Part shown: piece by piece, positions 45,448-57,258 of the stretch | Layout: each line of letters starts with the position of its first letter | Position numbering within the stretch: position 1 is the first letter of the stretch | Assembly (NCBI GenBank): GCA_964016885.1 | Contig: OZ024746.1 | Location: 37,448,001-37,512,000 of the forward strand | DNA length: 64,000 nt | Source of the DNA: Eledone cirrhosa | Taxonomy: Eukaryota | Reading direction: 5' to 3' | Made by a program: the position numbers and the translations under genes | Notes under the pieces: generated by a model | Seen by the model: the letters and a program-made list of their open reading frames with translations, nothing else | Databases searched by the model: none | Told to the model about the DNA's origin: nothing

Positions 45448-45628
45448 TATAATAATTGTTTCTACATTTGGCACAAGGCCAGCAATTACCCAGTGTATTA
45501 TTGATACTTTATTTTATCGACCCCGTAAGGATGAAAGCCAAAGTTAATCTCGGCGGGATTTGAACTCAGAATGGCAGGGGCCGTAACTCTATGCGTCAAA
45601 GCATGGCGTCCGACCCTCTACCGATACT
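45448..45628 (-). mobile_element. Nin-domain tRNA-derived SINE
   Basis: Reverse complement of the family consensus, nested within the transposon-derived insertion. Confidence 0.88.
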
Positions 45629-46717
45629 AATAATTGGATATAACAATCCATGAAAGGACACATAGAACCGGGGAGCAGAAACTCTGTTATACGGTTTAAT
45701 TGTTATAAATGTTTAAGTTTGTGTGCAATTTGTTAGCGAGGCATGTGGTGATAATGTAGGTATTTGTTATGTAAGGTCTAATGCAAAGCATGTGATAGAG
45801 GTGGGTATGTGATTTTCATTTAAGTGTTTTTGTTATGTAGTTCGTATATATGTGTATGTGTTGTTTGTTACTCACAGCTATCAACCCTGGGATTATTTTG
45901 AGTCGTTTATAGTCAATAGGTGTTTGTTTGTTAAATGTAAATCCACCGAATTACTGGCCATGTTGTTATTTTTAAGCAACATAACGGTTTACCAACAGCT
46001 TAATAACGGTTAGTATAAACCCTAGAAAAGATAATTTGTAGATAAATTGATAAAAAGATAAATTGCATGAAATAATATACCTAAAATAAAAACATGGCCA
46101 GTAATTCAGCGGAATTTACATTTAACAAACAATCACCTATTGACTATAATGACTCAAAATAATCCCATGGTTAATAGCTGTGAGTAACAAACAACAAATA
46201 CATATACATACGAACTACAACCCCCAAACACTTAAATGAAAATCACATACCCAACTCTATCACATGCTTTGCATTACACCTACATAACAAATACCTACAT
46301 TATCACAACATACCTCTCTAACAAATTGCACACAATCTTAAACAATTATAACAATTATAACAAGCCAGGAACAGAGAAGAAAAAGAATGTTGTTACACGG
46401 TGTTATATCATGCTCTAACACCCCACACAAAATATGTTTAGTTCAACTGCATTATAATTCTGTCCTCATACATGCCTTATTGACTGTATTGACTCCTGCA
46501 TTGTACAACAATTTTCCTTGACTGTGTTTTTTTTGCTTGTGCTTCTTTTGCTTATACCTATTACACTTCCAACCAGTGCTGCCTGTAATTGTGTTCTTTC
46601 AAGCAGAACATCTTATTAAGCCCTGGCTCTCCACATGATGCTTTGACAATAATAACAACTATGTACCCTAAATGTTCTAAATGACTAGGATTTTAGTAAC
46701 AAGTTCGACATTCCTTA

Positions 46718-46764
46718 TGCTCCGATGATTCCATACTTCCCTCTAGAAGAAACAATTGTCAGCA
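46718..46764 (+). ncRNA. Variant hammerhead motif (core CCGATGA), family D right arm
   Basis: tgct-CCGATGA-ttc.catacttccctcta.gaa-GAAA-caattg-TC-agca, with a palindromic stem III and a GUC cleavage triplet. Confidence 0.65.
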
Positions 46765-46809
46765 AATAAATGTTCTAAACTAAAGGTTGATCGTGTTAAC
46801 ACTTTGTGT

Positions 46810-46873
<64 letters not shown>

Positions 46874-47434
46874 CAAATTAAAGTTTAAGCAAAGAATCGC
46901 TGCTTTCATCGGGATCTTCTGAAACTCCATGTATATATATATTTAAACTTTAATCTGTTATTTTAATAAATATATATAACAACTAGAAATTGATTAACAT
47001 ATAAATAAACATGAATAATCACAGGAGATAATTTGTACAAGTGTGTAAGCACACATAGCTAGGTAGGTAACTAAATATTTTAACTAGACCTTCAAAAATA
47101 GATTACTTATAATATGATTAATCTTCCCTGTATATATTCCATTAAAGAAATATATTTCACCAATTAATCGAATCGTAAACCACGGATGCCGATACTTGGA
47201 TTTTCAACAAGGAAAAAGTCCAGCGATCTATGTTTACGCATCATGTTCAAATCAGCGACTGGCCAGTAACACGTGCTGTATCTACTAGAAATACACACAT
47301 CATACCAGCTTCGTCCCAGTGGCGTGAATAGGGTTATCGACAACTAGAAACAGGAGTCATGTCGTTTCATGATATGACACCCATAATTTTGATTTAGATC
47401 AAATCTTAATTTTGGATATATATATATATACATA

Positions 47435-47589
<155 letters not shown>

Positions 47590-48154
47590 AGTTCTACGTA
47601 CATGCAAAGTGAGATAAATACTGGAATAAGAATCTTGACACATAATTTGCAGGACTGTCTGATTAGTTACAAATAATCAGCGAACCTCACTTTGACACAA
47701 GCAACTGAAATGATAATCTCTGTTGACGATGAAATATGGTAGCTAATGCCAACAACACATTTATAACGTAAAAAAAATAATATCAATGACTTTGTTAGTA
47801 TCCTGGTCGATTACACTCAGGAGATTTGAGTGGTGCTGCAAAATTTCTGTTTCTTTGCCAACGCTAAGTATCACGAAAATCGATGTTGAATGCGGCTTCC
47901 AGTATTGATATAAGATTGGCGACAAACGTTCTCTTTGATGTTGTACTTAAGAATTTGGATTGGTCTTTGAAGTTAACGATTGTTATAGTAAATCATAGTA
48001 ACGAGGACGGGAGGTTTCCTACTTGCTTTTGTCGGTGTTAGATTGACTTTGTTGCTAAAGTTTAGGGTCAGATAAAAAGTTAAACGAACTAAAAATGTGC
48101 AGCATGAACGATGCCTACAAAATAATTTAGTATTTTTAAAGAAACGTCCACTTG

Positions 48155-48223
<69 letters not shown>

Positions 48224-48761
48224 ATATATATATGTATTTATGTGCGTTTATATATGTGTTTGTGTGTGTGTGTATGCACGTATGAAAGCATACGTTTAAA
48301 CACACACCTATGAATATGAAAACGCCAGAAATTTGGAGAAAGAATAAAAAGTAATGGCGAGAAACTAACACATATTCTCTGTATAACTACACATAAAGTG
48401 TACGGCATTATCTGTGATGTTTAAGTGATTTGGAGCAAGAATACTGAAAATATATAATTCTGACACTAAATGTTGGCGTAAAAGTAAAGTTACATTCAGA
48501 TTTGGCATCAAATCAAAACCTGAATGTCAATGTGTATATGGAACTGTATATGTGCATACATCTGGGCAGAGACAGAGAAAGAGAGATATTGGGAGAGGGA
48601 GAGAGAGAGTGGGGGGGGGGATGTTTTCGAGAGAGAGAAAGGGCAATGTCAAACATGGAAAAAAACAAACGTCGCAAACTAAAAAAAATTATTGTGTAAA
48701 CGTTTTTAGGAAAAAAGTTTCAGCTCCGTGTGTTTTTGTATACTCACCCCACTCGTGTATG

Positions 48762-48799
<38 letters not shown>

Positions 48800-48800
48800 G

Positions 48801-48831
<31 letters not shown>

Positions 48832-49551
48832 TTTGAGTATGTGAGTGTGTTTGTATGTGTGTATCACCCGATTTGTAACAGTTTGCCAATTTTAAGTGCA
48901 GCTTGCATATTTGTACGTGGCCTGGAGACTTCCTGGAACCAAGGTCACATGCTTGATCACTTCAGCTCACTAACAATTGATGTAACAGACGTTACGAATC
49001 TTAGATGAACCATTGTACTATCTTGGGAGACTGTGAATTATACTTCCCTTAGTCGGCCTGGAATCGAAGGTTGGTGGCATGGCTATTTAGGATAGACCTG
49101 GATATTTGAGCAATATAATAGCGGAGAGGGTGCATTCAGACTGGTGACCGTGTAATCCCGGACTGAGGTGTTTGGAAGTTTTTTCTTAGAAATTCGTACC
49201 CCTTACTATTAGCAGGGAACTTATACGGCATATTATACGCACACTGATATTGTGCGTGCAGCTGATAGAAGCAAGGGTGAAAACTCCTCAACATCCTGAT
49301 GAGATTATTCCAACAGTGTAAATCAGACATTGTAGAACGCTACGAAAACCAATAACAGCAGCCGATAATCCGGAATGATATACGTTGCTGATCCATCTAC
49401 AATTCACGCTGTTTGGATGGTCGACGTGTTGCATGTAGACATGCACGACTTGCACTCCGATATCCCCGACGTCGTCCACTGCAAATGTTAGCAGAATGAG
49501 AGAACGCCCCGCCCTATAAATCGGGTTTAATAACACTGATGAAGAATGAAA

Positions 49552-49678
49552 AGAATAAGAGGAACGTTCTCGTTAATTTCCAGCAAGGTGCTAGCAGCGA
49601 GGCTAGAGCTTGTTGTAAAAGATCTAGCCTCGCTACTAGCACCTTGCTGGAAATTATCTAGAACGTTCTTCTTATTCT
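49552..49678. repeat. ~127 bp hairpin (about 59 bp arms, few mismatches)
   Basis: agaataagaggaacgttct...gcgaggctagagctt / aagatctagcctcgc...agaacgttcttcttattct. Confidence 0.9.
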
Positions 49679-51161
49679 AAAAGATCTGGTACTGCAAGCA
49701 AGTGCAAATGTGAGCAATACCACCCATGTCTATACAGGACATCCTCCACTTCTCATGGGATACATGGGGAGTAAAGCTAAATCTTTCAATAGAGCCGATA
49801 CGTCGAGGATTTTCTCAAAGCATCAGTTTTCAATCCCGTTTTCAGAGGCCTGAATAGAAGCATTTCAGATTACATGCCTTATCTCCACCCTTATCTAGAT
49901 AATGAATCTAGGGTTACCAACGCGAGTGGTTGCAGGGAATTTCGCCTGAACACGAATGCGGAAGTGCTGTGTCACCTTGTGTCTGACACCTTAAAGATTG
50001 TGGTTTGTAGGCAACGTTTTAGAGGAAGAGTATACGCTGATAGGAGCAAAAGCTAACTCGGTTACGTCGCTGGGTTAGCACTTCAGAACCTACAGAAGGA
50101 ATTTTGTGGCAAATGCATGCATGTAGTCCGTCATGATTTACTGGTAGACCCTGGTCCATTGCGATAGCCCGTGCCTCAGCATATTGGTAAACCTGCTCTT
50201 TCATATTTTCCCGAAGGGTGGGGTCCCATTCATCAGAAGCCCATATGCAGCCTGTACCGTTTACGCGAAAACCCGCATATAGCGTGGTTGCTGGTGTGCA
50301 AAAATGTACCGAGGCTACATTCAGATATTTCTAAATGCTGAACACATGCGATCGTCGTTTTTGAAGCAACTTTTTTACGCAGCAGATCTCTTGGACTGAA
50401 CTGCAGCTTGGCAACAAGCAATGACCGAGACAGAGCACCTAGCATCAGTAATTTTGCCATGCGTTCACAGTCCTTTTCCATTTGGGCAATGCGGTGAATA
50501 GAAATTTCATGGTAGTGTTATATAGAGAAATAATCGCGGGGAATTACAACGAATTTCACAGCGCGATTCTTTTCGTTGATGGGAACAATGCGTCCAGTCT
50601 GTTTCGGAGGAATATCTAGAAATCCCTGCTTTGTTTTAATTTGTTTTATTGTAGGTTTTTCCAGAAGATTAATACATTGGTAACTATAAACACGTACGGT
50701 CAATAGAATCACAAACAACTGTGTGTACAACATGTACACACACACACACACACGCACACATATATATACTCTTTTACTCTTTTACCTGTTTCAGCCATCC
50801 GGCTGAGGCCATGCTGGGGCACCGCCCTTATATATATATATATGTGTGTGGGTGTGTACATGCATATATATACACGCATAGATAGACATATACATATATA
50901 TATATGTGTGTGAGTGCGTATATATATATACGCACTCACACACTAGATATATATAAATATATAGAAATATATAGAAATGAAGTAATTCCGTCGGAAAGAT
51001 ACAGGAAGAAAGAGTCCTCAATGTAGGCTACATAGCTTATTAGTTATGTAGTAAACAATATAAGATAATTATTTCATTTACCAGTGGTTTCTTGAAAGCA
51101 GATATATCTGTTTTCAGTCGTCAGAATGAATAAAACATGGTATTTTTATTAAATATGGATT

Positions 51162-52960
51162 TCAAAATAAAATATAAGAAATATGAAAGTGGGGCTGAGG
51201 AAACAACGGGCGAAGAAGAAGAAAAAGAGATGGACAGCAAGAGTAACTGATTTTGACTACATTTCTATTAAATATCTTATTATATCTATGATTAGGGGAA
51301 AAATGTTTGTCTAGGAGGTCGAGGAATTTCCTTCCTACATTTGCTTTGACAGTTAGAGAGAAGGGGAGTGTAAACCAAAACATTTTTTTTCTTTTCCTGT
51401 TATTGTGTTTAGTTTTAGAGGGATGAATAGGTAAATATTGAATATGTTCGGTGAAGCCGCTGTTATTGAGGGCCTTATTATAATAAGGTGCGACTTTGTT
51501 AAAAATGTCTAGAGACGAAGATAAGGTAGATATCCTACGGCTAATGTTAGGAATAAGATTGTTAAAGACTATAGGGGGATGGCAAGACTCTTTGTGTATA
51601 TATCTTAAATTCTCGTTAGGTTTTTGATAAGGGTTAAAAGAAGCAGTAAGTAGATCAAGGGTAATAACAAGAAAGTTAATATTAGTAAGATTCGTATCTA
51701 TAGTAATTTTAAGGTTTAGGTTGGCAAAGGTATTCATTAAATCTTTACGGAATTTATCAAGGTTATGGCAGATGGTGGTATGAGAAACTGCTAAACCGTC
51801 GTCTCGGTATAGACCGATAATATGGAAAGGAAATGTCTCTTTAAGGGTGTGGAGGACGAATACTCCTACTAAGTCGCACACATCAGCACTATCATATGAG
51901 CCCATCGCAACATCAAAGGGGTTTTCAGAGCTTAATTTGTTAACCCAAGTACCTTCATTAACAAAGAGTGGAGATTTCCTAGCATGAAATATAACGTCTT
52001 CTTCTAATTTAGAAATATTAATGAAAGTTCTTGCAATATCTAAGGCTTTTGTTAATAAAGATTCAGTGATAGAGGGGTAAAAATCAACAATATCAAATTG
52101 GGTAAATCTACACTTATTCTTTCTTTGTATATTATTAAACCAAGAAATAACAGAGGAAATATTTAACCATTGTGATAAGTCAGTCTTAGTTCTTATTTGG
52201 AGTATTATTTTTCTTAAGATTTTTTTACTTGCAAGGCCAACTTCAGATTTAGCAGGGTTAATTAGTCTACAGCTAGGTCGATTAGTAAAGTCTGATTTAT
52301 GGTGTTTAAGGGTAATATATTCTTTACGCTTACCTAGGCTTTCAATCCGGTTATCTATTTTTAAAATACTAGCTAGGTATTTAGCTTCATTATTAATGGG
52401 CACTGGATTGGCAGTATCGGTAGAGGGTCGGACGCCATGCTTTGACGCATAGAGTTACGGCCTTGCCATTCTGAGTTCAAATCCCGCTGAGGTTAACTTT
52501 GCCTTTCATCCTAATGGGGTTGATAAAATAAAGTACCAGTAATACACTGGATAATTGCTGGCCTTGTGCCAAAAGTAGAAACAATTATTAATGGTTTTGT
52601 AGGTATTAATGATAGCTATTTGATATTTGGTCTTAATGCTATCTCTTAAAAGTTGGTTATACAAAAAAATATGATTTACTTCACAAAGACTTTTATTTTA
52701 TCAGAAAAAAACAAAGGTGTTTGTAGAATGTTTAAAGTTAGAAATATCGTTAGAGAGTTTAGATTGAAAGTTATTGTTGTACTTACGATATTTGATTTCA
52801 CTAATTAAGTTAACTAGGTCTAATTCGAAGTTGGCCATGTCTTTAATTCTAGGTGGGTATTTGCGGGATTTAATGTCAAAACAGTCATTGGAATCAGCAC
52901 AGAATTGTCCATCTCATTCTTTTAATGACTTGTTCAATTTTATCTATAAGCAGTTTTTTT
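51162..52960 (-). mobile_element. Penelope-like retroelement, Naiad-type RT (3'-truncated, interrupted by a SINE)
   Basis: The 413-aa ORF has CRLINPAKSEVG, FTQFDIVDFYPSI, MGSYDSADVCDLVG, intact GLYRDDGL and KIFNRNVVKISYSC. The frame resumes upstream of the SINE (...TYKT|INNEAK). Confidence 0.92.
52400..52583 (+). mobile_element. Nin-domain tRNA-derived SINE with an 11-bp target-site duplication
   Basis: ATTATTAATGG occurs at 52389-52399 and again at 52584-52594. Confidence 0.92.
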
Positions 52961-53179
52961 CCCTTACCTATTCTTAATAATTGTGTTTATCATTTCAATT
53001 TTACTCCCCTTTTGTCTTTACTTAACCAATAGCTTTTTATGTTCTCACATAGGCCTGTGTGCGGGCATATTTGTAGACAGGCTCATGTGTACATACATTT
53101 ATAGTATTTTGATTATTTATTTGTACGTGTGTGTGTATGTGTATATGTGTGTATGTGTGCGTGTATGTATATGTATATG

Positions 53180-53246
<67 letters not shown>

Positions 53247-53249
53247 TTT

Positions 53250-53490
53250 CTAAGATGGCGTAGGACAGAACAAAGTAGAGGCACAAAAACAAAGAAAAGA
53301 ATCCCAAGTCACTGAAGAGGTCACAGAATGTGTGACGAAAGATCTTTGACAATATATGAACAATCGTCTGGTTGTGGAAACAACCAGCCAACCGGGAATT
53401 TATAAATTTAATTTATGATAAATTGAAGTGAAATCACCTGGTGCGTGTGTTTATTACTGGCGACATGACCCTCCCAAAGCATAACAATAT
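53250..53490 (+). mobile_element. Family B pLTR in (TA)n
   Basis: Matches the other family B copies. Confidence 0.85.
53308..53350 (+). ncRNA. Minimal type-I hammerhead ribozyme, family B (best copy)
   Basis: gtca-CTGAAGA-ggtcacagaatgtgtgac-GAAA-gatc-TT-tgac, with a palindromic stem III (AGATCT). Confidence 0.75.
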
Positions 53491-53810
53491 ATATATATAT
53501 ATATATTTATATATAAGTGAAAAAGTATCAACAGTACAAAAAAGGAGATTTATTTACAGTCTAACAATTGATTCACTGATAGTGTTGTTAAAAAATTGCT
53601 AAACACTGAAATTAGTGCCACTCAATTTAAAATACATGATGTCATATCCTCAGAGAGCGAGTGAAATATAAATATATGCGTAACCGGCAAATTTACAAAT
53701 GTAAATTTACAAATGAGACACGCTAAGTTCTGATACCATGTGCGTTATTATATATACGCACACTGTTCAGTTTTCTGATATTCTTAGAAATGAGGAGCTT
53801 ACTAAATTTT

Positions 53811-53892
53811 CACCCACTGATGAGCAAGAATTGGTAATCCGCTTCACAATTAATTGGCGAAACAGCATAGCCAAACGTTGTCTGTCTGGGTG
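53811..53892 (+). ncRNA. Type-I hammerhead ribozyme
   Basis: caccca-CTGATGA-gc...gc-GAAA-cag...ctg-TC-tgggtg, with a perfect 6-bp stem I and a GUC site. Confidence 0.85.
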
Positions 53893-54329
53893 ATTTTTAC
53901 TTTCCACAATTCCTGTTTATATTTATTTTCTTGATTTATTCTTAAATTGAATCTGGCAAACCCTATTGTCCACCATTAATATTTATTTCACCTTAGCGAA
54001 TCTGGTCCCTTACGATTTGAACACATATATGTATATATATGTGTTTATCTCTCTTTTATATTCAATTATAATATACGACTCTGAAAAATCTTTCCTAGAG
54101 CTATTTTATTGTAAGAGACTATTTTGAGTTCCAATCTCCATATATACCTTTGATATATTCGGATCCGTTAAATTTTCGAGCTAATTTAAATGTCGCGTAA
54201 ACTTGGCTGCTATTTTTAGTGTTGTGAGTTTGTGAGACACGCTAAGTTCTGATACAATGTGCGTTATTATATATACGCACACTGTTCAGTTTTCTGATAT
54301 ACTTAGAAGTGAGGAGCATACTAATTGTT

Positions 54330-54407
54330 CACCCATTGATGAGCAAGAATTAGTAATCCGCTTCACAATTAATTGGCGAAACAGCATAGCCAAACGCTGT
54401 CTGGGTG
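54330..54407 (+). ncRNA. Type-I hammerhead ribozyme, second copy (C3U core change)
   Basis: caccca-TTGATGA-gc...gc-GAAA-cagc.atagccaaac.gctg-TC-tgggtg. Confidence 0.75.
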
Positions 54408-54640
54408 ATTGGTAGTTACCACAATTCCGTTTTATATTTTGTTCTTGATTTATTGTTAAATTGAGTCTGGCAAACCCTATTGTCCACCATTAATATTTAT
54501 TTCAGCTTAGCGAATCTGGTCCCTTACGATTTGAACACATATATGTATATATCTGTGTTTACCTCTCTTTTATATTAAATTATAATGTACGGCTCGGAAA
54601 AATCTCTTTCCTATAGCTATTTTATTGTAAGAGACTATTT

Positions 54641-54698
<58 letters not shown>

Positions 54699-55122
54699 GT
54701 TCATACAAATCTCCTTATAAAGTATATAACTTGATGCACTTACGTACATTCGTATTTTGCAATGCCGCCTCTGTTTATGTTACATGTGAGTAGGATTGAA
54801 TTATATTAAACAGGCCATTGTTTTGAATTGAAGGACTTTGACCTCGTTAAAAGCTCAGGGCGTTAGATTTAATGAGAAATGATAAGTAGCCACTACTGAA
54901 GAAATAAGAATATATTTTGCACTAACCGAATACTTAATCGTATATACGCTGCTGTTATATTGACAGCCCTCCTCATCCTTGCAATATATTTCATAGTAGG
55001 CAGTTAATATTAAAAGTCCACACGTTTTCAAGAAGGTTTTTTTTCTGGAATCAACACAATTGCTCCCACAAGGACTCGCTCCGAAGTATTTTACAATTTC
55101 TAATTATGTTCTCTATAGCTTA

Positions 55123-55203
<81 letters not shown>

Positions 55204-56932
55204 TGAGAGTTAGGGTCGAGAGGGGTGTGTATAAATATGTATAGGGGATTATGTGCGTGTCGTATGTATCCAGATACATATGCATTATTGCATGTGATGT
55301 CTACAACCATACATCTCATCGCAAAATCTCTTGTAGCACACGCACACGAGCATCCTCAATGATTTATTCAGTTTCTATGCAATAAACTTATACGCTTACG
55401 TATGTATACAAGTAAATTCAGGAAATACATGGAACCCATATACAAATATAAGTAAACACATTTAATTTAAGTAAAACAGGATAGAACCTCATAAAATTAT
55501 AATGTTAAATGTTGTTTTATTCACTGATTCATTCATATAGTTTTTCAGTATATTGTTATACCCCACTCTCGGGGTCATCGCTATACCTAAAAAATATTTG
55601 TTTCTCGGAAAGCATCGATGCATCTCTATATACCGCATATATTTTGTAAACATTTTGAAATGCGTTACTTTCGGGATTTTGGAAATCTTATCTCGAGGAT
55701 GAAATGATTTTGAGTTGTCCTCCCACATCACTATAGTAGACAGTGCTAATATAATTAGTGTAACACCTTTATTGGAATGAAAATTGCTTCTTGGATGCAT
55801 GCCTCATCTGTGAAATAGTCGCTCATGATTGTGACACCTGTGTATGTTTTTTTTTATAAAACTCTGCTATTCTGCCACAATCAAGACCACGATATCCCCT
55901 TAATCTTTTTGTGAGTATTCCGAGTGAACATGATGCAAATTCGTACCTAGATGCAGTATCATCATTCGTACCAATGCTTTTAAGATGGTTTGAATAAAGC
56001 TTTTAAATTTATAACTTAGTTGATTCATAACGATTTGATGATACATGTTCTGGAGAACCCCATTCAAAGTTTTGCCCATCATACTTAATTACAAATAACA
56101 ACAGGTCGCAGAAAGCAATTACGCAGAAATGATTTGGCTTCGTTTCGTGACATAAATGTTCACAGAGAATATGATGTATCACATCTATTTATACCGAACA
56201 CACAAATGAATGCATATAATTACAAGGAAATGCGAAGAGTCCTGACGTACTTAGAAGGCAATTTACAAATTACAGCAACACATGCTAAACATAAGCTCAA
56301 AATATAATAATCCTCAATCCAAACAATATGGCAAATGTACTACAGAAATAAATGCAACTAAAAAAAACAAGAATCACAGCATATACTTAAAATAAACTGA
56401 CCACACATAGTGTGTGATATAGAAACGCAAAAGCTATACTAAATACTGAATAAAAAGAACACGACTTAAATTATGCAAAACCAGCATACAAACCCACAGT
56501 GCAGCTTTTAATGACGATTATGATTTAATTATCAGGATCCATACTGTCAAATTGGCCATAGATTTACAAGCCTCACTAAGAATTCACAGAGAGAAATTTG
56601 AATCAATAGTTAAAGTATTGATTTCCATTTATCAAATGGTTAAATTATTTTAAAGATAAAGTACATAAGAATATTAGACAGCATCTGAAACTAATTAATC
56701 TTACTATTTGGCCAACATTTCCTACCTATCCTTAGCGGTGGGGTGCTAATCACATTTCTCGGAGTATACACATTTTTCTTTTCTACATCAGTAGGAGACA
56801 CAGTCTTACATTGAATAAAAGCCACATGTTTATTTCCAGACTGCAATAGAAATGTTCTAACTAAACATCATATGTACTCGAATTTTTAGTCGAGAAGAAC
56901 TATATTTAATTATAGATTTTCTTTATATCCAT

Positions 56933-56995
<63 letters not shown>

Positions 56996-56997
56996 CA

Positions 56998-57103
56998 AAA
57001 TGTTAGACCCTGATGGCAGAGCTCAAGCCGTTTCGACGTCTATATCTGAATCCAGCAATAACCGTCGAGAGGGCTTGAGCTGTGCCGTCAGGGTCTAACA
57101 TTT
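56998..57103. repeat. Family C mini-foldback (inverted HHR 3' halves)
   Basis: tgttagaccctgatggcagagctcaagccgtttcgacg...cgtcgagagggcttgagctgtgccgtcagggtctaaca. Confidence 0.75.
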
Positions 57104-57184
57104 TCCTATTACCCACTCTATCACCCTAAGTATTGAGTACTCTGGTGCGTTATGGTTCATCTGGCTCCTTACACCACATCCTTC

Positions 57185-57218
<34 letters not shown>

Positions 57219-57219
57219 T

Positions 57220-57253
<34 letters not shown>

Positions 57254-57258
<5 letters not shown>

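Larger units (their letters stand above)
43486..46810. mobile_element. Large foldback of an HHR-bearing repeat (family D) whose left arm is split by a ~1.7 kb insertion
   Basis: The right arm (about 46090-46810) is contiguous. Its reverse complement is found in two pieces, about 43486-43968 and about 45695-45970. Confidence 0.8.
53714..54643 (+). mobile_element. Non-coding tandem repeat (519 bp unit, about 1.8 copies) with one HHR per unit
   Basis: tgagacacgctaagttctgatac occurs at 53714 and 54233. The block ends in (TA)n and has no substantial ORF. Confidence 0.85.

Noticed and set aside
49531-49560. CTGATGA...GAAA just before the long hairpin, as a possible HHR
   Set aside because: There is no stem II pairing, and no UH site or stem I partner follows the hairpin.
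51090-51128. Minus-strand CTGACGA-ct-GAAA next to a palindrome downstream of the Naiad RT
   Set aside because: Only 2 nt separate the core halves, so stem II cannot form. At most it is a deleted remnant.
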